Both the position numbers and the translations under genes were made by a program. The notes beneath the pieces were generated by a model that saw only the letters and a list, made by a program, of their open reading frames with translations, was not told the origin of the DNA and searched no databases. A DNA stretch of 64,000 nucleotides from Pseudomonadota bacterium (GTDB lineage: Bacteria > Pseudomonadota > Alphaproteobacteria > SMXQ01). This document shows, in pieces, positions 11,975 to 24,673 of this stretch. The stretch spans positions 12,007 to 76,006 of the forward strand of contig JADFJG010000005.1 in the NCBI GenBank assembly GCA_022566265.1, written 5' to 3'. Each line of letters begins with the position of its first letter. Positions within the stretch are counted from its first letter, which is position 1.

Positions 11975-13192
11975 TCACTCCGATGGCAGGCGCACCGTCG
12001 CCACCGCCTGGGCGGCGATACCCTCGCCGCGGCCGAGGAAGCCGAGACCGTCGGTGGTCGTCGCCTTGACGCTGACCCTGTCAACCGCGATGCCGAGCAA
12101 CCCGGCTATGCGGGCGCGCATGTCCGCCCGGTGGGGTCCGATCTTCGGTCTCTCGCAGACCAGCGTGATGTCGACATGATTGATCTCGCCGCCGCGATCG
12201 GCGATCAGGCCGACGGCGTGGCGGAGGAAGGCCGCGGAATCGGCGCCCCGCCACTTCGGGTCGTCGGGCGGAAAGTGCTCGCCGATATCGCCGGCGCCAA
12301 TGGCGCCAAGAAGCGCATCGGTCAGCGCGTGCAGGCCGACATCGGCGTCCGAGTGTCCGATGAGCGTGGCGTCGTGGGGCACCTTGACGCCGCACAGCAT
12401 GAGATGTTGCCGGCCGTCCGCGCCGGCGCCGAAGCCGTGGGCATCGAAGCCAAGCCCGGTCCTGACATCGGCTTTCGCCGCGCTCAGCAGCCTCTCGGCG
12501 CGTTTCAGATCCTCGGGCGTCGTCAGCTTGAAGTTTTCCTCGCTGCCGGCGACCAGGGAGACGGTGAGCCCGGCGCGCTCGGCGATGGCGGCATCGTCGG
12601 TCGGTTCGGCGCCGGGATCGCCGGCGGCGAAGTCCCGGTGGGCGGCGAGAATATCGGCGAAGCGGAAGGCCTGGGGTGTTTGCGCCCGCCACAGGCCCTG
12701 GCGGGGGACGGTTTCCATGATGCGTCCCCCATCGCCGCGTTTAAGAGTATCGCCGCGTTTAAGAGTATCGCTGCGTTTAAGAGTATCGCTCAGGGGCACC
12801 GCGGCGATGGCGCCGGGCGCGTGCTCCAGGGCGGCGATCACCCGGTCGATGGTGGCGGCATCGACGAAGGGCCTGGCGGCGTCATGGATCAGCACCCGAT
12901 CGGGCGCCAGCCCGGCGAGGCTTTCGAGACCGAGGCGCACCGATTCGCGGCGCGTCGCGCCACCCGTCACCGGCGCCAACAGATCGAGCCCCGCCACCGC
13001 CTCGGCGTATCGTTCCCGGTCGTCCTCATGGATCACCACGCGGACCGGACCGATGCGGGGATTGGCGGTGAATGTGGCGGCCGAATGGCGCAGCACCGGC
13101 GCGCCCCCGAGCGGCAGGTATTGTTTCGGCACCTCGCGGGCGAAGCGCTCGCCGCGTCCGGCGGCAACGATCAGGGCGGCGCAAAGGGACAT
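11975..13192 (-). CDS. ispDF: Bifunctional 2-C-methyl-D-erythritol 4-phosphate cytidylyltransferase / MEcPP synthase
   Basis: N-terminal IspD ([20 protein letters not shown]) and C-terminal IspF ([16 protein letters not shown]) domains. Confidence 0.9.
   Translation of the reverse strand: MSLCAALIVAAGRGERFAREVPKQYLPLGGAPVLRHSAATFTANPRIGPVRVVIHEDDRERYAEAVAGLDLLAPVTGGATRRESVRLGLESLAGLAPDRVLIHDAARPFVDAATIDRVIAALEHAPGAIAAVPLSDTLKRSDTLKRGDTLKRGDGGRIMETVPRQGLWRAQTPQAFRFADILAAHRDFAAGDPGAEPTDDAAIAERAGLTVSLVAGSEENFKLTTPEDLKRAERLLSAAKADVRTGLGFDAHGFGAGADGRQHLMLCGVKVPHDATLIGHSDADVGLHALTDALLGAIGAGDIGEHFPPDDPKWRGADSAAFLRHAVGLIADRGGEINHVDITLVCERPKIGPHRADMRARIAGLLGIAVDRVSVKATTTDGLGFLGRGEGIAAQAVATVRLPSE
12731..12790. 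repeat. 18-bp in-frame tandem repeat x3 inside the ispDF IspD domain
   Basis: atcgccgcgtttaagagt repeated 3 times with 1-2 mismatches. On the coding strand it encodes [18 protein letters not shown]. Confidence 0.9.
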
Positions 13193-13361
13193 CGGTTCTC
13201 CATCGCGGGGACACTGCCCGACACCCTAATCGTCCCCTCTATACTTGCCAAGGGCGCGCTGCCTGACCGCGGAGGAGGGGGGCTGGTCCACATCCCGGTC
13301 CACGAGTCCCGGCCCACAAGGCGCCTTCGGGCGCGGCCAATCGGTGTTATAGTCTCCGGCC

Positions 13362-14174
13362 ATGGCCTATGAGTGGATCTTCGGCTTTTCCGCCCTCGCC
13401 GCCCTTCTCCCCGCCTTGCTCCTCGTCCATCGCGGCGCCTTCGGCGCCGGTGGGCGCCCGCGGCCGATCTACTGGGCGCTGATGGCGGTCGCCGTGGCCG
13501 GGCCGGTGAGCTGGACGTTGGCGCAGTTCGGTGGCGGTTGGCGTACCGGCCTGTCGATGGCGCTGTGGTTCACCATCTCCGCCACCATCGTGATTTTCTC
13601 TTCCCTGGCGGCACTGACGCGGCACGGGGTCCGGCTCACGGTCCTGGTGCTGCCCTATCTGTTCGGGCTCGGCGTCATTGCCGTCATCTGGAGCCAGGCC
13701 CCCGAACGGCCGTTGCTCGGCACCGCGCCGGAGGCCTGGATCGGCCTGCACATCACGGTTTCGGTCCTGACTTATGCCCTGCTTACCCTGGCGGCGGTGG
13801 CGGGGTTCGCGGTGTTCCTCCAAGAAAGGGCGCTCAGGCATAAGCGTCCAAGCGCGCTTAACCGCCAGTTGCCCTCGGTCGCCGACGCCGAGGATCTGCA
13901 GGTGAGCCTGCTCATCGCCTCGGTGATCGTGCTCGGCGCCGGTCTTTTGACCGGCATGGCGACCCAATATTTCGAGACCGGCAGTTTACTGGTGCTGAGC
14001 CACAAGACCGTGTTCTCGCTGCTGGCCTTCGCCGTGATCTGTGCGCTCTTGGTCATCCATTACCGCACCGGCATCGGCGGCCGGCGCGCGGCGCGTCTGG
14101 TGCTCCTCGCCTATCTCCTGCTGACCCTTGGATATCCCGGCGTCAAGTTCGTCACCGACGTGCTGCTGGCCTGA
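13362..14174 (+). CDS. Cytochrome c assembly family membrane protein (CcsA/YpjD-like)
   Basis: 270 aa with 8 predicted TM helices. Composition and length fit PF01578-type proteins; no adjacent ccm genes. Confidence 0.6.
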   Translation: MAYEWIFGFSALAALLPALLLVHRGAFGAGGRPRPIYWALMAVAVAGPVSWTLAQFGGGWRTGLSMALWFTISATIVIFSSLAALTRHGVRLTVLVLPYLFGLGVIAVIWSQAPERPLLGTAPEAWIGLHITVSVLTYALLTLAAVAGFAVFLQERALRHKRPSALNRQLPSVADAEDLQVSLLIASVIVLGAGLLTGMATQYFETGSLLVLSHKTVFSLLAFAVICALLVIHYRTGIGGRRAARLVLLAYLLLTLGYPGVKFVTDVLLA

Positions 14175-14278
14175 GATTTCGCCCCCGATATCCACGGCGC
14201 CGCATTCCGATTGAATTCGGCGGCCGTTGCGGCTAGCTTGTGCCTAACAATTAATCATCTTTTTTGAGTGCCTAAAAA

Positions 14279-15280
14279 ATGGCCATTCACATCGGCCCGA
14301 TCCGACTCGAGAACCCGGTGATCCTCGCCCCCATGTCGGGGGTGACGGACCTGCCGTTCCGCCGCCTGGTCAAGCGGAGCGGCGCCGCCCTGGTGGTCTC
14401 GGAGATGATCGCCAGCCAGGCGGCGATCCGCGAAACGCGGCAATCCTTGAAGATGTCCACCAACTGCGCCGAGGAATTCCCCATGGCGGTCCAGCTTGCC
14501 GGCTGCGATCCGTCGGTGATGTCGGAAGCGGCGAAGCTCAATGTCGACCGGGGGGCGGCGATCATCGACATCAACATGGGCTGTCCGGTGAAGAAGGTGG
14601 TCAACAAGCAGGCCGGTTCGGCGCTGATGCGCCAGCAGGCGCTGGCGGGACGCATCCTCGAGGCGGTGGTGAAGGCGGTTCCCTTGCCGGTGACGCTGAA
14701 GATCCGCACCGGTTGGGACGAGGGCAGCCGCAACGCCCCCGAGATCGCCCGCATCGCCGAGGCCAGCGGCATCCAGGCGATCACGGTGCACGGCCGCACC
14801 CGTTGTCAGTTCTACAACGGCAAGGCCGACTGGGACTTCATCCGCAACGTCAAGGAGGCGGTGAAAATTCCCGTCATCGGCAATGGCGACGTGACGACGC
14901 CGGCGGAGGCCAAGCGGATGCTGGAGCTCTCGGGCGCCGACGGGGTGATGATCGGCCGCGGCGCCTGCGGCAGACCGTGGCTGCTCGGCCAGGTCATCGA
15001 GTTCCTGAAAACGGGAGTGGCGCCGCCCGACCCGCCGCTCGGCGTCATCGGTGACACCGTGCTCGCCCATTTCGACGAGATGTTGCGGTATTATGGCCGC
15101 GATGTCGGGATGCGCATGGCGCGCAAGCACATCGGCTGGTACTCCAAGGGGCTTCCCGGATCGGCCGAGTTCCGCGCCAGGGTGTTCCGGGTGGCGGACG
15201 CCAGGACCGTACGAGACATGATCCGCGCCTTTTTCGATCCGCTGATCGATGAGGCCGGGTGCGCCGGCGCCGCCGCATGA
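14279..15280 (+). CDS. dusB: tRNA-dihydrouridine synthase B (NifR3 family)
   Basis: [24 protein letters not shown] and TVHGRTR motifs. Conserved position upstream of ntrBC. Confidence 0.9.
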   Translation: MAIHIGPIRLENPVILAPMSGVTDLPFRRLVKRSGAALVVSEMIASQAAIRETRQSLKMSTNCAEEFPMAVQLAGCDPSVMSEAAKLNVDRGAAIIDINMGCPVKKVVNKQAGSALMRQQALAGRILEAVVKAVPLPVTLKIRTGWDEGSRNAPEIARIAEASGIQAITVHGRTRCQFYNGKADWDFIRNVKEAVKIPVIGNGDVTTPAEAKRMLELSGADGVMIGRGACGRPWLLGQVIEFLKTGVAPPDPPLGVIGDTVLAHFDEMLRYYGRDVGMRMARKHIGWYSKGLPGSAEFRARVFRVADARTVRDMIRAFFDPLIDEAGCAGAAA

Positions 15281-16406
15281 CCGCCGGTCCGATGCCGCCA
15301 TCGGTCTCATCGGGCAATGAGGGCGATGGGTTTCAGTATGGTCCCCGGGCCATCCTCAACTCCATCGCCGATCCGATCCTGGTGATCGAGCCGGAAGGCG
15401 CCATACGTTATGTGAACACCGCCGCCGAGCAGTTCTTCGAGTCCAGCGCGTCGCATCTCGGCGGCCGGCATCTGACCGAGCTTGTGCCGGGCGATAGCCC
15501 GCTGTTCGCGTTGATCGATCAAGTGCGCCAAAGCGGCGCTTCGGTGTCGGAAAACGGCGTCACCCTGGAGACGCCGAAGATCGGTCCCCACTTCGTGACG
15601 ATCCAGGTCGCCGCCCTCGCCGAGAACGACGGCGCCGTCGTCGTTTCCTTCCACGAACGCTCGATCGCGCGCCAGATCGACCGCCAGCTCACCCACCGCA
15701 ACGCCGCCCGTTCGGTGACCGCCATGGCGGCGATGCTTGCCCATGAGGTCAAGAACCCGCTGTCGGGCATCCGTGGCGCGGCGCAACTCCTGGAGCAGAA
15801 CGCCGATGCCGCCGACCGTAGTTTGACCCGGCTGATCTGCGACGAGACCGACCGCATCTGCGCGCTCGTCGACCGCATGGAGATGTTCTCCGAAAGGCCC
15901 CAGATGGACCGCGAGGTCGTCAACATCCACGAGGTCCTCAAGCGTGTGCGCAAGATCGCCGAGAACGGTTTCGCCCGTCATATCCGTTTTACCGAAAATT
16001 ACGACCCCTCTCTGCCGCCGGTCAGTGGCAGCCGCGACCAACTGATCCAGGTATTCCTCAACCTGGTCAAGAACGCGGCCGAGGCGGCGCCGGGCCAGGG
16101 CGGCGAGATTACGCTCTCGACCGCCTTCCGTCATGGCGTGCGCCTTGCCGTTTCCGGATCCGACAACTCGACCCGGTTGCCCCTTCTGGTCAGCGTCGGG
16201 GACAACGGCGAGGGGATCGCCGAGGATTTGCGCCCCCACCTGTTCGATCCCTTCGTCACCAACAAGGTCAATGGCACCGGTCTCGGCTTGGCGCTGGTGG
16301 CCAAGATCATCGGCGACCACGGCGGCATCATCGAATTCGATAGCCAGCCGCGGCGCACGGTGTTCAGCGTCCTGCTTCCCATTCACCAGAGTTCGGAGAG
16401 TTCCTG

Positions 16407-16407
<1 letters not shown>
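15277..16407 (+). CDS. ntrB: Nitrogen regulation sensor histidine kinase
   Basis: PAS domain, H-box [14 protein letters not shown], and N/G boxes ([17 protein letters not shown]). ATGA overlap with dusB. Confidence 0.85.
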
Positions 16408-17846
<1,439 letters not shown>

Positions 17847-17918
17847 GGGCATAAAATAAGCGCCGGAGTGGGCCGGGCCTTCGGGTTTCGGCGAAGCAGG
17901 GGAGTAGCAGGTTTCCCG

Positions 17919-20201
17919 ATGTCGGGTGAGACGGCAGGAACCATTTACAGTTGGCGGCGGCAATTCGTGCTGTGGGCGGGCCGCATGGGCCTCGCCCGCA
18001 AGCTGGCCATCGCCCTGACGGTGGCGGCGATCGCCTCGGGCATCGCCACCTATGTCGCCCTTACCGGGTCGACGCCGTTCGGTCCGGACCCGACGACCAT
18101 CCTCATCCTTCTCAACATTAACCTGGTTCTGCTTTTGCTGCTGGGCGCCGTGGTGGCGCGGCGCATCGTCCAGGTATGGGCCGAGCGCCGGCGCGGTTCG
18201 GCGGGGTCGCGGTTGCAGATTCGCCTGGTGGTGCTGTTCAGCCTGGTGGCCGTGACGCCGGCCATCATCGTCGCCGTGTTCTCGGTCCTGTTCTTCAATT
18301 CCGGCATCGAGTCGTGGTTCAGCGAGCGGGTCAGTACGGCGCTGAAGGAATCCCAGGCGGTCGCCGAAGCCTACCTCAAGGAACATCAGCAGGTGATCAA
18401 GGCCGACGCGCTGGCCATGGCCAATGACATCAACCGGGCGCCGGCGTCGGTAGTGGATAACCGAAAGCGGTTCAGCAATCTGGTGTCGACGCAAGCGGAT
18501 TTGCGGGCACTGGCGGAAGCCGTCGTCTTCGACGGCACCGGCCGGGTTCTGGCCCGTTCGCGGGTGAGTTTCCTGCTCGAATTCGACCCCGTGCCCAGTG
18601 CCGCCCTGGAACGGGCGCGGAAGGGGGAGGTCGTCCTGTTGATCAACGACGACGACGACCGGGTGCGCGCCTTGTTGCGACTCGACCGCTTCTTCGACAC
18701 CTACCTTTACGTCGGCCGGTTCGTCGAAAGCAGGGTGCTCAACCATATGGAGCGGACCCAGCGCGCCGTGCGTCAGTACAACCTTCTCGAAAAACGCCGC
18801 TCGGGCTTTCAGATCACCTTCGCCATGATTTTCGCGGTGGTGGCGCTGCTGCTGCTTCTGGCGGCGGTCTGGATCGGTTTCATGCTGGCCAACCAGTTGG
18901 TCAAACCCATCGGCGGACTGGTGGCGGCGGCCGAGCGGGTGCGCGAAGGGGACCTTGGCGCCCGGGTGGCGGAAGGCCCCGCCGACGACGAGCTGGGCAC
19001 GCTGTCGCGCGCCTTCAACCGTATGACCAGCCAACTCGAGAGCCAACGCCGCGAGGTGGTGGAGGCCAACCAGCAACTCGATGCCCGGCGGCGGTTCATG
19101 GAGGCGGTACTTTCCGGGGTATCGGCGGGGGTGATCGGTCTCGATGTCGATGGCCGTCTCAATTTCCCCAACCGTTCCGCCTCGGCGCTGCTCTCCACCG
19201 ACCTCGACAAGCGCGTCGGCACCCCCATCGCCGAGATCGTGCCGGAGATGTCGGAACTGCTCGAAAAGGCGCGCAAGAGGCCAAGCCGTCTGGTAGAGTC
19301 CCAGATCGAACTGGTGCGGCGCGGCGTGCCGCGCACCCTGCTGGTCCGCATCGCGGTGGAGCGTGACGGCAAAGAGATCAAGGGCTTCGTCGTCACCTTC
19401 GACGACATCACCGAACTGCTCGCGGCCCAGCGCACCGCCACCTGGGCCGATGTCGCCCGGCGCCTCGCCCATGAAGTGAAGAACCCGTTGACCCCGATCC
19501 AGCTTTCCGCCGAACGCCTGAGACGCAAGTACCTGGGTCAGATCACCCGCGATAGCGAAACCTTCGACATGTGCATCGACACGATCATCCGCCAGGTCGA
19601 CGAGATCGGCGGCATGATCGACGAGTTCTCGGCCTTCGCGCGGATGCCGGCGGCGGTGCTCAGGCGCACGAATCTTTGTGAAATCTTGAACCGCGCCGTC
19701 TTCCTGCAGCAAGGCGCCAATGCCGAGATCGAATATATTTGCGATATACCCGAACACGAGGTAGCGCTGGTCTGCGACAGCGCCCAGATCGGTCAGGCCT
19801 TGACCAATCTCTTGCAGAATGCCGCCGATTCGATCGTCGCGCGCAAGGAGCAGGAGAAGGACAAGGCGCCGGCGGGCGAGGTCGGCGTGAGTATCGGGGA
19901 AAGCAACGGCCGGATCACGATCACCATCGCCGATAACGGCACCGGGTTGCCCAAGAATCTGCGCAAGGAAATCACCGATCCCTACGTCACCACCCGCGCC
20001 AACGGGACCGGGTTGGGACTAGCCATCGTCAAGAGAATCATGGAAGATCATAGGGGGGACGTGGTTATCAAGGACCGCGAGGGGGGCGGCGCCATGGTGC
20101 AACTGAATTTCACCACCTCCGATGTCCGCGCCGGTCGGGCAAGGGAGAAAACCTCTGGCGACGAAACCAGGATTTTGAAGACCGCTATTCATGATTCATG
20201 A
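17919..20201 (+). CDS. ntrY: Sensor histidine kinase NtrY
   Basis: N-terminal TM helices, HAMP, PAS, H-box [19 protein letters not shown], HATPase GTGLGLAIV. Start uncertain (17868 or 17919). Confidence 0.8.
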   Translation: MSGETAGTIYSWRRQFVLWAGRMGLARKLAIALTVAAIASGIATYVALTGSTPFGPDPTTILILLNINLVLLLLLGAVVARRIVQVWAERRRGSAGSRLQIRLVVLFSLVAVTPAIIVAVFSVLFFNSGIESWFSERVSTALKESQAVAEAYLKEHQQVIKADALAMANDINRAPASVVDNRKRFSNLVSTQADLRALAEAVVFDGTGRVLARSRVSFLLEFDPVPSAALERARKGEVVLLINDDDDRVRALLRLDRFFDTYLYVGRFVESRVLNHMERTQRAVRQYNLLEKRRSGFQITFAMIFAVVALLLLLAAVWIGFMLANQLVKPIGGLVAAAERVREGDLGARVAEGPADDELGTLSRAFNRMTSQLESQRREVVEANQQLDARRRFMEAVLSGVSAGVIGLDVDGRLNFPNRSASALLSTDLDKRVGTPIAEIVPEMSELLEKARKRPSRLVESQIELVRRGVPRTLLVRIAVERDGKEIKGFVVTFDDITELLAAQRTATWADVARRLAHEVKNPLTPIQLSAERLRRKYLGQITRDSETFDMCIDTIIRQVDEIGGMIDEFSAFARMPAAVLRRTNLCEILNRAVFLQQGANAEIEYICDIPEHEVALVCDSAQIGQALTNLLQNAADSIVARKEQEKDKAPAGEVGVSIGESNGRITITIADNGTGLPKNLRKEITDPYVTTRANGTGLGLAIVKRIMEDHRGDVVIKDREGGGAMVQLNFTTSDVRAGRAREKTSGDETRILKTAIHDS

Positions 20202-21588
20202 CATCTTGATCGTTGATGACGAAGCCGATATCAGGGCGCAAATCTCCGGCATCCTGAAAGACGAGGGCTACGATACCCGTGACGCCGAGGACGGGGTGGC
20301 GGCGCTTCGCGAGGTCCGGGCCCGCCGGCCGAGCCTGGTAATCCTCGATATCTGGTTCCAGGGCAAAGACCTTGACGGCCTCGAGGTGCTCAATGTCCTA
20401 CGCCGCGAGACTCCCTATCTGCCGGTGGTGATGATCAGCGGCCATGGCAACATCGAGACCGCGGTGACGGCGATCAAGCGCGGCGCTTACGATTACATCG
20501 AGAAGCCCTTCAAGTCGGACCGCCTGCTGCTGATCGTCGAGCGCGCGATCGAAGCGGCCAGGCTGCGCCGGGAGAACGCGGAACTTCGCCTCAAGGCGGG
20601 GGCCGAGGCCGAGTTGATCGGTCAGTCCCAGGCCATCAACCAGGTGCGCGCGGCGCTCGATCGCGTCGCCCCGACCGGCAGCCGCGTCCTGATCACGGGA
20701 CCGGCCGGGGTGGGCAAGGAAGTGGTGGCGCGGATGCTGCATGCGCGTTCGCGGCGAAGCGCCGGCCCCTTCGTCGTCCTCAACTGCGCGACCATGCGCC
20801 CGGAACATCTGGAGACCGAACTGTTCGGTGTCGAGGGCAAGGGCAACGCCCGTGACAACACGCGCAAGACCGGCACCTTCGAGGCCGCCCACGGCGGCAC
20901 CCTGTTCCTCGACGAGGTCGCGGACATGCCGCTCGAAACCCAGGGCAAGATCGTCCGCGTTCTGCAGGAGCAAACCTTCCAGCGGGTCGGCGGCAATACC
21001 AAGGTCGAGGTCGACGTGCGCGTCGTCGCCGCGACCAACCGCGAACTGTCCGCTCAGATAGAAGCCGGCACCTTCCGCGAGGATTTGTTCTATCGCTTGA
21101 ATGTGGTTCCCATCAGGGTGCCGCCTTTGCGCGAGCGCCGCGAGGACATTCCGCTGCTGGCCCGGCATTTCATGGCCCAGGCGGCCCGCGCCGCCGGTAT
21201 CGTCGAGCGCGAGATCGGCGACGATGCCCTGGCGGCGCTGCAGGCCCATCAATGGCCGGGTAACGTACGCCAGCTGCGCAACGTCATCGAATGGTTGTTG
21301 ATCATGGCGCCGGGCGAGGGGAAGTTGGCGATCCGGGCCGACGGACTGCCGCCGGAGATCATCGACGTCAACCCCGGGGTACCGAGGTGGGAAAGAGGTG
21401 GCGAGATCATGGGTCTTTCCCTTCGCGAGGCGCGCGAGGTCTTCGAACGCGAGTATCTTTCGGCGCAGGTCAGCCGTTTCGACGGCAACATCTCCCGCAC
21501 CGCCGCGTTCATCGGCATGGAGCGCTCCGCCCTGCATCGCAAACTCAAGTCCCTGGGTATCGCCAACGCCGAAAGGGCCCAGGCCTGA
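20191..21588 (+). CDS. ntrX: Response regulator NtrX (sigma-54 activator-like)
   Basis: REC domain ([19 protein letters not shown]), AAA+ domain (GPAGVGKE), C-terminal HTH. Confidence 0.85.
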   Translation: MIHDILIVDDEADIRAQISGILKDEGYDTRDAEDGVAALREVRARRPSLVILDIWFQGKDLDGLEVLNVLRRETPYLPVVMISGHGNIETAVTAIKRGAYDYIEKPFKSDRLLLIVERAIEAARLRRENAELRLKAGAEAELIGQSQAINQVRAALDRVAPTGSRVLITGPAGVGKEVVARMLHARSRRSAGPFVVLNCATMRPEHLETELFGVEGKGNARDNTRKTGTFEAAHGGTLFLDEVADMPLETQGKIVRVLQEQTFQRVGGNTKVEVDVRVVAATNRELSAQIEAGTFREDLFYRLNVVPIRVPPLRERREDIPLLARHFMAQAARAAGIVEREIGDDALAALQAHQWPGNVRQLRNVIEWLLIMAPGEGKLAIRADGLPPEIIDVNPGVPRWERGGEIMGLSLREAREVFEREYLSAQVSRFDGNISRTAAFIGMERSALHRKLKSLGIANAERAQA

Positions 21589-21596
21589 CCGGCTGA

Positions 21597-21716
21597 GGGT
21601 CAGTTAGGGTCAGTTAGGGTCAGTTAGGGTCAGTTAGGGTCAGTTAGGGTCAGTTAGGGTCAGTTAGGGTCAGTTAGGGTCAGTTAGGGTCAGTTAGGGT
21701 CAGTTAGGGTCAGTTA
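21597..21716. repeat. Perfect 10-bp tandem repeat GGGTCAGTTA x12 between ntrX and trkA
   Basis: 12 identical contiguous units (120 bp) starting 9 nt after the ntrX stop and ending 20 nt before the trkA ATG. Confidence 0.95.
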
Positions 21717-21735
21717 GAACCAGGGTGCAAACACC

Positions 21736-23112
21736 ATGAAAGTGATCGTCTGCGGCGCCGGCCAGGTGGGCACCTCCATCGTCTATCCCTTGGCGGCGGA
21801 GAACAATGACGTGACGGTCGTCGACCAGTCGCCGGAACTGATACAGAAGCTGAGCGACTCCCTCGATGTCAAGGCGATGGAAGGGTTCGCTTCCCATCCC
21901 GACGTGCTGGAGGCCGCCGGCGCCGCCGACGCCGATATGATCATAGCGGTCACCTACGCCGATGAGGTCAACATGGTGGCCTGCCAGGTGGCCCATTCGC
22001 TTTTCAAGGTGCCGACCAAGATCGCCAGGGTGCGCCAGCCGAGCTACCTCAACCCGATGTGGGCCGACCTGTTCAGCCGCGATCACATGCCGATCGACGT
22101 CATCATTTCGCCGGAGATGGAGGTCGGCCGCGCCATCAGCCGCCGGCTTCAGGTGCCGGGCGCCTTCGACATGGTACCGCTGGCCAACGGATTGGTGAAG
22201 GTCATCGGCATCAGATGCACCGCCGACTGCCCGGTCCTGCACACGCCGTTGCGCCAACTGACCGAGCTCTTCCCCGACCTCAACGTCACCGTCGTCGGTA
22301 TCGTCCACGACGACCAGGGATATGTGCCGACGCCGGACGACCAGATCCGGCCGGGCGACGAGGTCTTTTTCGTCGCCGACAGCGACCATGTCGGCCGCGC
22401 GATGATGGCGTTCGGTCACGAGGAACCGGAAGCGCGCCGCGTCATCATTCTCGGCGGCGGCAACATCGGACGGTTCCTCGCCAAGGACATAGAAGACAAC
22501 CATCCCGGCGTCTCCGCCAAGATCATCGAAGTGGACAAGCGCCGGGCCGAGTTGGCGGCGGCGGGACTTTCCAACACCGTCGTGCTCCACGGCGACGCGC
22601 TGGATCCCGAGATCCTGGAGGAAGGCAACGTCTCGATGGCGGAAGCGGTCATCGCCGTGACCAATGACGACGAGGTGAACATCCTCGCCTCGTTGCTGGC
22701 CAAGCGATATGGCTGTCCGCGGGCGCTGACCCTGATCAATTCGACGACGTACTCGTCGCTGGTCACGACACTTGGCATCGACGTGGTGGTCAATCCGCGG
22801 GCGATCACCGCATCGACCATTCTCCAGCATATCCGCCGGGGGCGCATCCGCGCCGTTCACACCTTGCGCGAGGGTTTCGGCGAGATTATCGAGGCCGAGG
22901 CGCTGGAGACCTCGAGCCTGGTCGGAAAGCCTCTGAGGGAAATCAACTTTCCCCCGGGGGTCATCCTCGGCGCCGTCGTGCGCGGGGACGAGGTCATCAT
23001 CCCGCGCGGCTCCACCACCGTGCGCATCAACGACGTGGTCATCCTGTTCGCGACATCCCAGTCGGTCAAGAAGGTCGAGAAGATGCTCGCCGCCAGCCTC
23101 GAATTCTTTTAG
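21736..23112 (+). CDS. trkA: Trk potassium uptake system NAD-binding component
   Basis: 458 aa with two Rossmann-like repeats (MKVIVCGAGQVGTS, VIILGGGNIGRFLA), each followed by a TrkA-C domain. Confidence 0.85.
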   Translation: MKVIVCGAGQVGTSIVYPLAAENNDVTVVDQSPELIQKLSDSLDVKAMEGFASHPDVLEAAGAADADMIIAVTYADEVNMVACQVAHSLFKVPTKIARVRQPSYLNPMWADLFSRDHMPIDVIISPEMEVGRAISRRLQVPGAFDMVPLANGLVKVIGIRCTADCPVLHTPLRQLTELFPDLNVTVVGIVHDDQGYVPTPDDQIRPGDEVFFVADSDHVGRAMMAFGHEEPEARRVIILGGGNIGRFLAKDIEDNHPGVSAKIIEVDKRRAELAAAGLSNTVVLHGDALDPEILEEGNVSMAEAVIAVTNDDEVNILASLLAKRYGCPRALTLINSTTYSSLVTTLGIDVVVNPRAITASTILQHIRRGRIRAVHTLREGFGEIIEAEALETSSLVGKPLREINFPPGVILGAVVRGDEVIIPRGSTTVRINDVVILFATSQSVKKVEKMLAASLEFF

Positions 23113-23129
23113 AGCCAGGCTTTTCGGAA

Positions 23130-23993
23130 GTGTCCCGCGTCGCCTACGTCAACGGCCTCTATCTGCCCCACCGGCGGGCGGCGGTTCATATCGAGGATCG
23201 TGGTTATCAGTTCGCCGACGGCGTCTACGAGGTCATCGCGGTCAAGAACGGCATCTTCGTCGACGATGGTCCCCACCTCGATCGCCTCGACCGCTCCTTG
23301 CGCGAACTCGAAATCGCGCCGCCGATGTCGCGCGCGGCGCTCGGGGTGGTGATGGCGGAGATGCTGCGCCGCAACCGGATACGCGACGGCATCCTCTATA
23401 TCCAGATGACCCGTGGCGTTGCCCGGCGCGACCACCCCTTTCCCGCCGACAGCGACACCTCGGTGGTGATGACCGCGCGCCTCGAGCCGCCCCAGGACCC
23501 GCGGCTCGCGGACCACGGGGTGGAGGTGATCTCGATCCCGGATATTCGTTGGAAAAGGTGCGATATCAAGTCGGTATCCCTTTTGCCTAATATTTTGGGG
23601 AAGCAGTTGGCGCACCGGGCCGGGGCCTTCGAGGCGTGGCAGATCAATGAACAGGGTTACGTCACCGAAGGGACTTCGACCAACGCCTGGATCGTCGACG
23701 CGAGCGGGCGTTTGTGTACCCCGCCGATCGACCAACAGATCCTCGGCGGCATCACCCGGCGGCGGATACTCAAGCTCGCGGAAAGGGAAGGCATCGAATT
23801 TACCGAGCGGCATTTCACCCTGAAAGAGGCCCAATCCGCCCGCGAGGCGTTCATCACCAGCGCCACGACCTTGGTGTTGCCGGTAACCACGATCGACGAC
23901 GCCGTGATCGGTAATGGCAAGCCGGGCACGTTCACCTGCAAACTGCGCGAGAACTACCTGGCCTTCATGGCGGCGCCGGCGGGGCAGGGGTGA
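23130..23993 (+). CDS. Class IV aminotransferase (D-amino-acid / branched-chain family)
   Basis: GTG start. Fold-type IV PLP enzyme signatures (EDRGYQFADGVYEV, TSTNAWIV). Confidence 0.7.
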   Translation: MSRVAYVNGLYLPHRRAAVHIEDRGYQFADGVYEVIAVKNGIFVDDGPHLDRLDRSLRELEIAPPMSRAALGVVMAEMLRRNRIRDGILYIQMTRGVARRDHPFPADSDTSVVMTARLEPPQDPRLADHGVEVISIPDIRWKRCDIKSVSLLPNILGKQLAHRAGAFEAWQINEQGYVTEGTSTNAWIVDASGRLCTPPIDQQILGGITRRRILKLAEREGIEFTERHFTLKEAQSAREAFITSATTLVLPVTTIDDAVIGNGKPGTFTCKLRENYLAFMAAPAGQG

Positions 23994-24673
23994 ACACCCC
24001 GCCGCCCAGCCCACGGGCGATCCTGTTCGATTGGGACCACACGCTGGTCGATAACTGGGCGGCGATCCTCGAGGCCTTGAACACGACGCTCGGGGCCATG
24101 GGCCAGCGGACCTGGACCACGGCAGAGGCCCGGGTCCGCGTGCGCAAGTCCTTGCGCGACAGTTTTCCGGAAATGTTCGGGAGCCGTTGGCGCCACGCCA
24201 GGGACATCTTCTATGCCACCTTCGCGGAGAGGCACCTGGAGACCCTCCGGCCGTTGCCCGGCGCCGCCGACATGCTCGCGGCGTTTCACCAAGCGGGGCT
24301 TTATCTCGGCGTCGTCAGCAACAAGACCGGCGACTATCTGCGCCGCGAGGCGGACCACCTCGGTTGGGACCGGTATTTCGCCAAGCTGGTGGGGGCGACG
24401 GACGCCGAGGAGGACAAGCCGGCGGCGGCGCCGGTCGAGATGGCGCTCGAGGGAAGCACCATCGCGTGTGGCCCCGAAGTGTGGTTCGTCGGCGACGCCG
24501 CCATCGACATGGAGTGCGCCCATAACGCCGGCTGCACTCCGGTTCTGCTTGGCGGGGATGAGGGGAAGCGGGGTGAATTCGGCCCCGACGAGGAGCCCCG
24601 GTTGCGGGTCGGGAGTTGCATGGAGCTTGCGGAGCTTGTGCGCAACCTATACCCTGACCTTTCAGTGGTATGA
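23990..24673 (+). CDS. HAD superfamily hydrolase (phosphoglycolate phosphatase-like)
   Basis: Motif I FDWDHTLVD, motif II VVSNK, motif IV GDAAIDMECAHNAG. Confidence 0.65.
   Translation: MNTPPPSPRAILFDWDHTLVDNWAAILEALNTTLGAMGQRTWTTAEARVRVRKSLRDSFPEMFGSRWRHARDIFYATFAERHLETLRPLPGAADMLAAFHQAGLYLGVVSNKTGDYLRREADHLGWDRYFAKLVGATDAEEDKPAAAPVEMALEGSTIACGPEVWFVGDAAIDMECAHNAGCTPVLLGGDEGKRGEFGPDEEPRLRVGSCMELAELVRNLYPDLSVV

Noticed and set aside
21597-21716. Tandem 10-bp array considered as a CRISPR array or telomere-like repeat (unit contains TTAGGG)
   Set aside because: There are no spacers and the units are contiguous and identical, so it is a simple VNTR. The TTAGGG match is coincidental in a circular-type bacterial context.
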